Positions 36,037-44,079 of a stretch of 64,000 bases of DNA are shown here, in pieces. A program made the position numbers and the translations under genes. The notes under the pieces were generated by a model that was not told where the DNA came from, did no database searches, and saw only the letters and a program-made list of their open reading frames with translations. Origin of the DNA: Candidatus Falkowbacteria bacterium RIFOXYA2_FULL_38_12 (GTDB lineage: Bacteria > Patescibacteriota > Patescibacteriia > XYB2-FULL-38-15); NCBI GenBank assembly GCA_001778095.1, contig MFGA01000020.1:75805-139804 (forward strand), written 5' to 3'. The first letter of the stretch is position 1; each line of letters starts with the position of its first letter.

Positions 36037-36648
36037 TCATAATTCCTTTCTTCCTTTCAGCGCATCGGAAACAGTCACTTCGTCGGCATATTCAAGGTCG
36101 GCTCCGATAGGTAATCCCCGCGCCAGGCGGGTTATTTTTATTACGGAATTTTTATCAAATGATTTTATAAGCTTGGTGAGATAAAGGATTGTTGTTTCTC
36201 CTTCTAAATCCGGATTTAGAGCAAGAACTATTTCTTTAATATTATTATTCTGGACTCTATAAATTAGCTCTTTAATTTTTAATTGATCGGGCGTGATGCC
36301 GTGCAGTGGGTCGAGAACGCCGCCCAAAACGTGGTATGCGCCAAGATACTCTCCCGTGTTTTCAATGACCGGCAGGTCTTGATGTTCCGCGACAACGCAG
36401 ATGACGGCCTGATCGCGGTTTTTGTCGGAGCAAATGGCACAAGGATTTTTTTCAGAAAAATTTTGGCAGACGTGGCAAGTGGCGATGGAACTGCCTAGCA
36501 TCTCTATGGCCTTTGCGAATTTTATATTATCATCTTGCTTTTGTCTTAATAAATAAAAAACAAAGCGCAGGGCTGTTTTTGGCCCAACGCCAGGGAGACG
36601 GGAGAAGGAGTCGGCTAAGTTTTGGATAACTAAAGGGAACCGTGGCAT
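36037..36648 (-). CDS. recR: recombination protein RecR
   Basis: C4 zinc finger CHVCQNFSEKNPCAICSD. Toprim domain. Confidence 0.9.
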   Translation of the reverse strand: MPRFPLVIQNLADSFSRLPGVGPKTALRFVFYLLRQKQDDNIKFAKAIEMLGSSIATCHVCQNFSEKNPCAICSDKNRDQAVICVVAEHQDLPVIENTGEYLGAYHVLGGVLDPLHGITPDQLKIKELIYRVQNNNIKEIVLALNPDLEGETTILYLTKLIKSFDKNSVIKITRLARGLPIGADLEYADEVTVSDALKGRKEL

Positions 36649-36747
36649 CTAATTAAGATAAATTATAAATTTCGAAGCTAGCTAATAAATTTTCTAATTT
36701 TTAATTTTGTAATTTTTAAATAATGCTTTAATTTCTTAATTTTTAAA

Positions 36748-36850
36748 CTTGGGCGTGGAGCCCGTCCCTTTAGGGCGGGACTAACTTAGACTAACATCTG
36801 TCTCTGCCTAAAGGCAGGACTCCGCCGCAAAGATCAGCTTTGTCCAAGTT
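36748..36850. repeat. GC-rich structured element with TTTAG/TAAA-loop hairpins inside an AT-rich (TAATTTTTAA repeat) intergenic region
   Basis: Outer CTTGG/CCAAG stem. Inner CTGCC-taaa-GGCAG hairpin and GTCCC-tttag...GGGAC hairpin. Flanked by TAATTTTTAA-type repeats. Confidence 0.4.
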
Positions 36851-36948
36851 TCAAACATTAAAACATTAGAAAATTATTTATAAAATTAAAAATTCAAAAA
36901 TTAAAAATTGTTTTATATTCAAAGTTTAGTATTTAGGGGTTTAGAGTT

Positions 36949-38313
36949 TTATTGCCCAATATTCTCAAAATTTGTCTCTAAGTTCTTAAACGACGCTCTA
37001 TTTTCATCAAAAAACAGGGGAACAACACCGGTCGGACCGTTTCTGTGCTTGGCGATATGAATCTCGGCAAGATTTTTTTCTTCAGGAGAAAGATCTCTAA
37101 AATTACGGTCAGCCGCTTTGCGGTAGATAAACATAACAATATCGGCATCCTGCTCAATACTTCCCGATTCGCGCAAATCAGCTAATCTCGGTATGGCGGG
37201 GGAGCGAGCTTCAACCGCGCGATTAAGCTGGGAAAGGACAAGAACGGGAATGTTCAGTTCTCTGGCAATTCCCTTTAAAGATCGAGATATTTCGGATATT
37301 TCTTGGACGCGGTTATCGCTCTTTGTCCGGGATTCCATCAATTGCAAGTAATCTATGACAAGCAAGCCCAAGCCTTGTTCCATCTGGAGTCGTCTCGCTT
37401 TTGTTCTTATTTCCATAATGTTTGAAGTGGCGGAATCGTCTATAAAAATAGGGGCTTCTGACAATACACCCATAGCGTGACCGATGCGAGGAAAGTCGTC
37501 GTCTTCATCACGATCGGAGAGTTTTCCCGTTCTCATTTTCCATAAATCAACTCCTGATTCGGCGCAAAGAAGGCGGTCAACCAATTGTTCTTTGGACATT
37601 TCCAAACTGAAAATTCCAACCGGAGTTTTGCTTCTTATGGCAGCATTTCTCGCTATATCAAGGGCTAAAGAAGTTTTACCAACAGACGGTCTGGCTGCCA
37701 AAATCACTAAATCAGATTTCTGGAGACCGGAAAGAAAATTATCTAATCCGGCAAAGCCAGTTGGAATTCCTCTTAATCTTCCCTTATCGCGATGTAAGAG
37801 ATCAATTCTGTCAAAAGCCTCAGAAAGAATATTTTTGATGGGAATAAAAATCTGCCTTAAGTATTTTTGCGAGACAGAAAAAAGTTTTTGTTCGGCCTTA
37901 TCCAGAATATTTTCCGTTTCTTCTTCTTCATTATAGGCAAAACCGGTTATTTCCCCGGCGGCTTGAAGCAAACGACGCAAAGTAGCCTTTTTCTGAACAA
38001 TATTGGCGTAGTGGACAACATGAGAGGCGGTAGGGACGCTGTTTGTGAGTCCCATCAAATAACTTCTTCCTCCGACCATTTCCAATTTTTTTCTTTCTTC
38101 AAGTTTTGAAGACAAGCTTAAAATATCAATTGGCTCGTGCTTAGCAAAGAGATCAATCATGGCCGCGTAGATTTCGCCGTGGCTGTCTTTGTAAAAATCT
38201 TCCGCACGGACAAGATCGGCAATCCTAATCATGGCATCCTTATCAATCATAAGAGAGCCCAAAAGGGATTGCTCGGCCTCAATATTTTGCGGAGTTATTT
38301 TTTTGTTGGACAT
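36949..38313 (-). CDS. dnaB: replicative DNA helicase DnaB
   Basis: Walker A GKTSLALD in a RecA-like C-terminal domain. N-terminal DnaB domain. 454 aa. Confidence 0.9.
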   Translation of the reverse strand: MSNKKITPQNIEAEQSLLGSLMIDKDAMIRIADLVRAEDFYKDSHGEIYAAMIDLFAKHEPIDILSLSSKLEERKKLEMVGGRSYLMGLTNSVPTASHVVHYANIVQKKATLRRLLQAAGEITGFAYNEEEETENILDKAEQKLFSVSQKYLRQIFIPIKNILSEAFDRIDLLHRDKGRLRGIPTGFAGLDNFLSGLQKSDLVILAARPSVGKTSLALDIARNAAIRSKTPVGIFSLEMSKEQLVDRLLCAESGVDLWKMRTGKLSDRDEDDDFPRIGHAMGVLSEAPIFIDDSATSNIMEIRTKARRLQMEQGLGLLVIDYLQLMESRTKSDNRVQEISEISRSLKGIARELNIPVLVLSQLNRAVEARSPAIPRLADLRESGSIEQDADIVMFIYRKAADRNFRDLSPEEKNLAEIHIAKHRNGPTGVVPLFFDENRASFKNLETNFENIGQ

Positions 38314-38588
38314 ATAAAATTTACTTTTGTTATTTTACCCCAGATAGGTTTTGATTGCAACTTTAGTTTTATTTAGTAGAAACTCATTGACATTTTATAT
38401 TTTTTATGTAATTCTGGCTAAGATAAGGGAAATTTTAATCATTATCCCTTTAGCCGTCAGGCTCAATATTGACTCTTTTTACATACATTTGTCGTTCACT
38501 GATTTATATTTGCTTTAGTCTGTGTTTATGTTATACTGAAAACAAGTTCAAGCCTTTCGTTTTTTAGTTGAAATAGTTGGGTTAATGA

Positions 38589-38665
38589 GGACGATTAGCT
38601 CAGTTGGTTAGAGCGTTCGATTCACATTCGAAAGGTCGGAGGTTCGAATCCTCCATCGTCCACCA
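38589..38665 (+). tRNA. tRNA-Val (anticodon CAC)
   Basis: Cloverleaf: acceptor GGACGAT/ATCGTCC, D-arm GCTC..GAGC, anticodon stem TTCGA/TCGAA with loop TTCACAT, T-arm GGAGG-TTCGAAT-CCTCC, encoded CCA. Confidence 0.8.
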
Positions 38666-38668
38666 GAC

Positions 38669-38775
38669 GAAGTTAAAAGTGAGAAGTGAAAAATTAAAAG
38701 TTGTTGATGATCTGCCCTTAACTTTAAATTTTGAACTGTAACTTTTCACTTTGCATTTTTAACTTTTAATTTATT
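38669..38775. repeat. AAAGTGAAAA/GTTAAAAGT palindromic element
   Basis: agttaaaagtgagaagtgaaaaattaaaagtt ... acttttcactttgcatttttaacttttaattt. Lies between the tRNA and the lepB ATG. Confidence 0.7.
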
Positions 38776-39426
38776 ATGTCATACAACAATTCTGAACCCG
38801 GTCTTGAAAATTTTGGCGGACAGGATGAAGAAAAAAAAATCGTTGAAGAGGAATTAAAAAAGCCGAGTACGTTACGTTATGTTGCCGACTATGTTTTAGA
38901 GTTTGCCAAAATCGTAGTCCTTTCATTGGCAATTATTATTCCGGTTAGATATTTTTTGATTCAGCCTTTTTATGTAAAGGGCGCGTCCATGGAACCCAAT
39001 TTTTTTGACCATGAATATTTAATCATCAACGAAATTAGCTATCGCTTTGAAACGCCGGAAAGAGGGGATATTATCGTTTTTAAATATCCTCACGACCCCA
39101 GTCAATATTTTATAAAAAGAGTAATTGGTTTACCGAATGAAACAGTAGAGATTAAGGATAACAAAATTACGATTTACAACAAAGATAATCCAAACGGCAT
39201 TGCCCTTGATGAAAAATATTTGGAAGACACTGTTCAGACTTTTGGCAACAAGACTCTTGCTCTCGGGGTTGATGAATATTTTGCCCTGGGAGACAACCGG
39301 ACAGCCAGCTATGATTCCAGAAGTTTTGGAGCGGTAAATAAAAGTTTCATTGTTGGAAAAGTTTGGGTGCGAGGTTGGCCGTTTAACAAGATTAAAGTTT
39401 TTGAAACGCCGGAATATAATTTTTAA
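38776..39426 (+). CDS. lepB: signal peptidase I
   Basis: S26 family. Ser box GASMEPN, Lys box KRVIGLPNETVE, GDNR motif. Confidence 0.85.
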   Translation: MSYNNSEPGLENFGGQDEEKKIVEEELKKPSTLRYVADYVLEFAKIVVLSLAIIIPVRYFLIQPFYVKGASMEPNFFDHEYLIINEISYRFETPERGDIIVFKYPHDPSQYFIKRVIGLPNETVEIKDNKITIYNKDNPNGIALDEKYLEDTVQTFGNKTLALGVDEYFALGDNRTASYDSRSFGAVNKSFIVGKVWVRGWPFNKIKVFETPEYNF

Positions 39427-39457
39427 TAGTTGGTCTAATAATGGGGGCAGATAATTT

Positions 39458-40870
39458 ATGCCTAAAATAAAATTGAAAATGAAAAATAAAAAACCAGCCA
39501 AGGAAGATATTCAAAAAATGAAAAAAGAAAAAGCGGCTAAAGTCCAAAGCAAAGTTGAACAACCGATCAAAGAAAAAAAGATTAAAGCGCCGAGAAGCTT
39601 TCAAACCTTAAAAGGGATGAAAGATATTTTGGCGTCTGAAAACAAGTATTGGGAATACGTGAAGACCAAAGCTAAAAATTTTGCTTTAAATTACGGATAT
39701 GAGTCAATAGAAACGCCAATTCTTGAAGAAACGGCTCTTTTTAATCGAGCAGTGGGTAATGAAACCGATATCGTCTCCAAGGAAATGTTTTCTTTCGTTG
39801 ATCAAGGAGAGGAAAATGTTTGCTTGAGACCGGAGGCAACCGCTTCTGTCGTAAGATCTTATGTCCAGCACGGAATGTTGAATCTTCCCCAGCCGGTCAA
39901 GTTCTTTTATTTCGGACCAATGTTCAGATACGATAGACCGCAAGCGGGCAGATTAAGGATGTTTCATCAGATCGGTCTTGAGGCGATCGGTGAAGAAAGC
40001 CCCATTATAGACGCGGAAATCATTTTTTTTGTTTATAATTTCTTAAAAGATTTGGGATTAAAAACGGTGATAGAAATAAACAGTATCGGTTGTCCGAAAT
40101 GTCGCGAAGCCTATAAAACAAAGTTGATTAATTATTACCGCGATCGTAAGTCCGGTCTTTGTGAAGATTGTCAGAAAAGATTGGTGAAAAATCCTTTAAG
40201 GCTTCTTGATTGCAAGGAAGAAGGATGTCAGGCCTATAAAGAAGACGCGCCGCAAATTGTTGATTGGCTTTGCGATGAATGTAAAAATCATTTTGTGGGA
40301 GTTTTGGAATATCTTGATGAATCAGGAGTTATTTATAATCTCAATCCTCGTTTGGTGAGAGGTCTTGATTATTACACAAAAACAGTTTTTGAATTTTTTC
40401 CGGATAATGCGGATGGAGTTGAAAAAAGACAAGATGCTTTGGGTGGTGGCGGACGTTACGATGGCTTGGTTGAATATTTGGGTGGTCGGCCGACGCCAGC
40501 TTGCGGGGTAGCTTTGGGGCTGGAGCGAATTATTTTAAAGTTGAAAGAAAATAATATAGAAATACCGGCGCTTCGAAAACCGGATATATTTTTGGCGCAA
40601 TTGGGAGAACAAGCAAGGAAAAAAAGTTTTATCTTGATTGAAGAATTAAGAAAGTCGGGATTTTATGTTGTACACAGTTGTTCGAAAAAAGGATTGAAGA
40701 AACAGTTGGAGATGGCTAATAAGGATGGCGTTAAATATACTTTAATCTTAGGACAAAAGGAAGTTATTGACGGAACAATTATTGTTCGCGAAATGGAAGG
40801 TGGAGCGCAAGAAATAGTTGATTTCAATAAAACAGTTCAAGAAATGAAAAAGAAAATAATTTTACAGTAA
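39458..40870 (+). CDS. hisS: histidyl-tRNA synthetase (with Lys-rich N-terminal extension and Cys-rich insertion)
   Basis: Class II motifs (fRPE..A.VVRSY, motif 3 GGGGRYDGL). Anticodon-binding C-terminal domain. Inserted CPKC...CEDC...C..C region. Confidence 0.85.
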   Translation: MPKIKLKMKNKKPAKEDIQKMKKEKAAKVQSKVEQPIKEKKIKAPRSFQTLKGMKDILASENKYWEYVKTKAKNFALNYGYESIETPILEETALFNRAVGNETDIVSKEMFSFVDQGEENVCLRPEATASVVRSYVQHGMLNLPQPVKFFYFGPMFRYDRPQAGRLRMFHQIGLEAIGEESPIIDAEIIFFVYNFLKDLGLKTVIEINSIGCPKCREAYKTKLINYYRDRKSGLCEDCQKRLVKNPLRLLDCKEEGCQAYKEDAPQIVDWLCDECKNHFVGVLEYLDESGVIYNLNPRLVRGLDYYTKTVFEFFPDNADGVEKRQDALGGGGRYDGLVEYLGGRPTPACGVALGLERIILKLKENNIEIPALRKPDIFLAQLGEQARKKSFILIEELRKSGFYVVHSCSKKGLKKQLEMANKDGVKYTLILGQKEVIDGTIIVREMEGGAQEIVDFNKTVQEMKKKIILQ

Positions 40871-40905
40871 CAAGCTAATAAAAAATATAATATATAGACC
40901 CCCCG

Positions 40906-41064
40906 AACAATAATCCTTTCTACTGCAACTTGTAATTTTGTCTACAAATTTTCTAAAGCTCCTCCGCTTATCCTGCGGATAAACATCGTCGCTTTATCCC
41001 CGCCATGGGCGGGGCGCTCAAAATTACTGCGTTTCGTAACAAAAGATTATTATTCAGTGGGTCT
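40906..41064 (+). repeat. ~160-nt structured repeat, copy 2
   Basis: Shares ctttctactgcaact.gtaatttt ... ccgcttatcc...ggataaacatc ... aaaattactgcgtttcgtaac with copies 1 and 3. Has its own terminal inverted repeat. Confidence 0.8.
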
Positions 41065-41084
41065 AAAGAAAGAGGGGTGAAATC

Positions 41085-41336
41085 ATGGGACAAGAAGTAA
41101 AAAGAAAAAAAGGAGAAACCTTTGAAAGCATGATGAGGCGTTTTTCAAGACGCGTTCAGCAAAGCGGAAAATTATTGCAAGCCAAAAAAATAAGATTTTA
41201 TGAACCGGAAAAGAGTCGTAATCTTCAACGTGTATCAGCTTTGAGAAGAGAAGATATAAAAAAGAAAAGGGAATATCTGAAGAAAGTCGGAAAATTAAAA
41301 GACGAAGATACAAAAAATAAATATACGCGAAGATGA
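41085..41336 (+). CDS. rpsU: 30S ribosomal protein S21
   Basis: VKRKKGETFESMMRRFSRRVQQSGKL...RFYEPEKSRNL matches the S21 pattern. Confidence 0.8.
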   Translation: MGQEVKRKKGETFESMMRRFSRRVQQSGKLLQAKKIRFYEPEKSRNLQRVSALRREDIKKKREYLKKVGKLKDEDTKNKYTRR

Positions 41337-41848
41337 GCATAAAAGAGAAAATAGAAAAAGATTTTATTGAGGCGCGCAAAGAAAAAAATGAAACCATGGT
41401 CTCCGTCCTTGGTATGTTAAAGGCGGCCATTTTGAATGGTGAAATAGCGGCAAGACCCGCCCGCCAAGCAAGCCAACCCCATGCTTGCATTAGCGGGCAA
41501 GATGCTGGCGTTGCGGGCGGGCCGAAAGAATTTGGAGAAGATGATATTCTGAAAGTTATAGGAAGTGAAGTTAAAAAACACAAAGATTCAATCGGAGAAT
41601 ATACCAAGGGCGGCCGAGAAGATTTGGCTTTGAAAGAAAAACAGGAAATGGAAATTTTAATGAAATATCTTCCGGCTCAAATGACAGAGGAAGAATTAAA
41701 AAAAATCGTAGAAGATAAAATAAAAGACTTGGACGCGAAGGGAGCGGGAGATTTCGGAAAAGTCATGGGCGCGGTGGTGAAAATAGTGGCCGGGCGCGCC
41801 GGTGGAGACACTATGAGTAAAATAGTAAAGGAAATTCTCGGTGCTTGA
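41333..41848 (+). CDS. yqeY: GatB/YqeY domain protein (with internal GC-rich palindromic insertion)
   Basis: N- and C-terminal YqeY-like regions (KEKIEKDFIEARK, GAGDFGKVMGAVVKIVAGRAGGD). Conserved rpsU-yqeY adjacency. Confidence 0.75.
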   Translation: MSIKEKIEKDFIEARKEKNETMVSVLGMLKAAILNGEIAARPARQASQPHACISGQDAGVAGGPKEFGEDDILKVIGSEVKKHKDSIGEYTKGGREDLALKEKQEMEILMKYLPAQMTEEELKKIVEDKIKDLDAKGAGDFGKVMGAVVKIVAGRAGGDTMSKIVKEILGA

Positions 41849-41974
41849 TCTTTGGTGTCGGGGCTGTGTATAAAAAAGACTATCAAAAAATATTTTTTTC
41901 AGTTATAATAAAATAATTGCGAAAAAAGATTATTGGAAAATTTGCGGTTTGATTGTTTTGGAATCGCAATAAAG

Positions 41975-42068
41975 ATTTTAAAGTTAAAAGTGCAAAGTAA
42001 AAAATTAAAAGTTACAATTCAAAGTTAAAAGTTGTTAGCAGTTAATTTTAAACTTTTCACCTTTAGGC
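41975..42068. repeat. AAAGTGAAAA/GTTAAAAGT element
   Basis: aaagttaaaagtgcaaagtaaaaaattaaaagttacaattcaaagttaaaagtt ... aaacttttcaccttt, ending 2 nt before the ATG. Confidence 0.65.
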
Positions 42069-42069
42069 G

Positions 42070-43980
42070 ATGTTTAAAAAAAAGACAGCCTTAAAGTTTT
42101 TATTAGCCCTAGTTTTACTTGTGGGAGGTTTTTTGTTTGTCCAAAATGTTTTCGCTCAAGATATTGCCGGCATGGACATTGTGAACGAAAATATCGCTTT
42201 GTCCGCCGATGACCCAAGAATTATCGCCGCAAGGATTATTAGAATAGCTTTGGGATTTTTAGGAATAATAGCCGTCTGCATAGTCTTGTATGGAGGTTTT
42301 TTATGGATGACTTCAGCCGGCAATGAAGAAACTATTGGTAAGGCAAAAAAAGTTTTGATCAATGGATTGATCGGTTTGATCATAATTTTAATGGCTTTTG
42401 GCATTACCCAATTTGTTTTAAATTCTCTGCTTGGCAGGGTCGGGGGAGGAGCCGGCGGGGGAGGCGGGTCACCATTAATCGGGCGATATAGCGGAGCCTT
42501 GGGTAATGGAATTATTGAGAGTCATTATCCGCCACGCGGAGGGACGGGAATTCCACGTAATACAAAAATTATCGTGACATTCAAGGAAAAAATGTTACTT
42601 GAGTCTTTGGTTAACAATTATAATGATAACGGAACGCCGGACAATATTGCGGATGATGTGGTTACTAAAAATGACAATGGCACGCCCGGCAATCCAGCAG
42701 ATGATTGGATGGAAATCAATAGCGAGAATGTTAGAATCTTTAAATCAAGCGAAGGAGAACTTGGCACGGAGCGAGTCCCGAACTATTTATCATCAAGCCA
42801 GGTAAGGGTTTCCTTTACGGCTGATCTGAAAAATTTTGTTTTTGATCCGATTCCACTGCTTGGTAGTCCGACGGAAAATATTTGGTATACAACAGCCTTA
42901 AAGCCGGGCATAGAAAAATCAAACGGCGACAATGCTTTTGCCGGAGCTTTCCGTGACGGATATGCTTGGGATTTTGAAGTGAGCACGATTATTGACGTAA
43001 CTCCGCCACAAGTAGTCAGCGTTATTCCAAGAAAAGATTCTGTAAATCCGCGCAATATAAAAGTGCAAATAAATTTTAATGAAGCAATGGATCCGACAAC
43101 TGTTTCCGGAAGTACTTTTGGCGAGGAGGCTTTAAGATTTAATAATGTTTTAACCACTGATGCTCTTGATCGCGAGGTTGCCGGAACGTGGAGTATTGGT
43201 AATCAATATAAAACAATAGAATTTGTAACTAATGACAAGTGTGGGACAAATTCTTGTGGAGGCGATGTTTATTGTCTTCCGGGAGATGAAACAATCAGCG
43301 TTCTGGCCATTGCCGCAAGATTAGGGAGTAGTCCGCCGGAGGCCGAGATGCCTTATGACGGTATTGTTGATGTTTGCGGTAATTCTTTGGATGGAAATAG
43401 CAACGGCCGAGCCGAAGGACAGTCTCTGGAAGGGAGAAGCGCTATTGGTGGAGATAATTATTCATGGCTTTTTAAAACAAACGACACTATTGATTTAGTT
43501 CCGCCAACAATCAGCGCGGTTACTCCAATGCCGGAAACTGAAAGCGTGGCTTTCGCCGTTCCGGTAGAATTAACCTTTTCAAAATTAATGAGTATTACGA
43601 GTTTTACAACCAGCAATATTTCCTTTCAGGATAATCAACGCGATGAATGCGCGGTTTGGTTTTTTCTGGATGGCGACAATTTACAAGCGGACGGAGCTCC
43701 GGTTAGGGGATCTGATGATATCGCCATACGCACAAAAGCGAGAGTCAGTCATGAAAACTTATTGCCGACAGGTGGAGTTTGTTCTGACGATAGACCGGTA
43801 GAAGGACCGTTAGCAATGGATGGCGAGGGTTCATTGGTTTATTATTTTCCAGTTGCCAATTCGGATGTTCAAGATTTGTTTCAAAATTGTTTTTATAGAC
43901 CCATCGGACCGGCCGATGGTCAGACTTGCGTTGTTGGAAGAGATGGAAATTTGCCAGCTGACTGCGAGCCATGGAGATAA
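42070..43980 (+). CDS. secreted surface protein with VirB2/TrbC-pilin-like N-terminal anchor and Big_5-type Ig-like domains
   Basis: Signal peptide, then two hydrophobic helices separated by a short charged loop, then a poly-Gly linker. Repeated D.TPP.V....P........I...F.E.MDP.TV Ig-like modules. Confidence 0.6.
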   Translation: MFKKKTALKFLLALVLLVGGFLFVQNVFAQDIAGMDIVNENIALSADDPRIIAARIIRIALGFLGIIAVCIVLYGGFLWMTSAGNEETIGKAKKVLINGLIGLIIILMAFGITQFVLNSLLGRVGGGAGGGGGSPLIGRYSGALGNGIIESHYPPRGGTGIPRNTKIIVTFKEKMLLESLVNNYNDNGTPDNIADDVVTKNDNGTPGNPADDWMEINSENVRIFKSSEGELGTERVPNYLSSSQVRVSFTADLKNFVFDPIPLLGSPTENIWYTTALKPGIEKSNGDNAFAGAFRDGYAWDFEVSTIIDVTPPQVVSVIPRKDSVNPRNIKVQINFNEAMDPTTVSGSTFGEEALRFNNVLTTDALDREVAGTWSIGNQYKTIEFVTNDKCGTNSCGGDVYCLPGDETISVLAIAARLGSSPPEAEMPYDGIVDVCGNSLDGNSNGRAEGQSLEGRSAIGGDNYSWLFKTNDTIDLVPPTISAVTPMPETESVAFAVPVELTFSKLMSITSFTTSNISFQDNQRDECAVWFFLDGDNLQADGAPVRGSDDIAIRTKARVSHENLLPTGGVCSDDRPVEGPLAMDGEGSLVYYFPVANSDVQDLFQNCFYRPIGPADGQTCVVGRDGNLPADCEPWR

Positions 43981-44075
43981 AGTGAAAGGTTAAAAGTGAA
44001 AGATGAAAAATTAACGAGTTTTCAACTTTCAACTTTTAACTGTAACTTTACACTTTTCATTTTTCACTTTTAATT
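43981..44075. repeat. AAAGTGAAAA/GTTAAAAGT palindromic element
   Basis: agtgaaaggttaaaagtgaaagatgaaaaatt ... aacttttaactgtaactttacacttttcatttttcacttttaattt. Confidence 0.7.
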
Positions 44076-44079
44076 TACG

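Noticed and set aside
36649-36948. AT-rich TAATTTTTAA-repeat region as a replication origin unwinding element next to dnaB
   Set aside because: No DnaA boxes occur here. The repeats are low-complexity AT words typical of promoter regions in this genome, and the DnaA-box cluster is instead at 25144-25510.
42156-42404. Minus-strand ORF (82 aa), and its twin at 44070..44396, listed in the ORF track
   Set aside because: Both are antisense to the near-identical pilin-like N-terminal modules of the two surface-protein genes. They arise from the same duplicated sequence and are mirror artefacts rather than genes.
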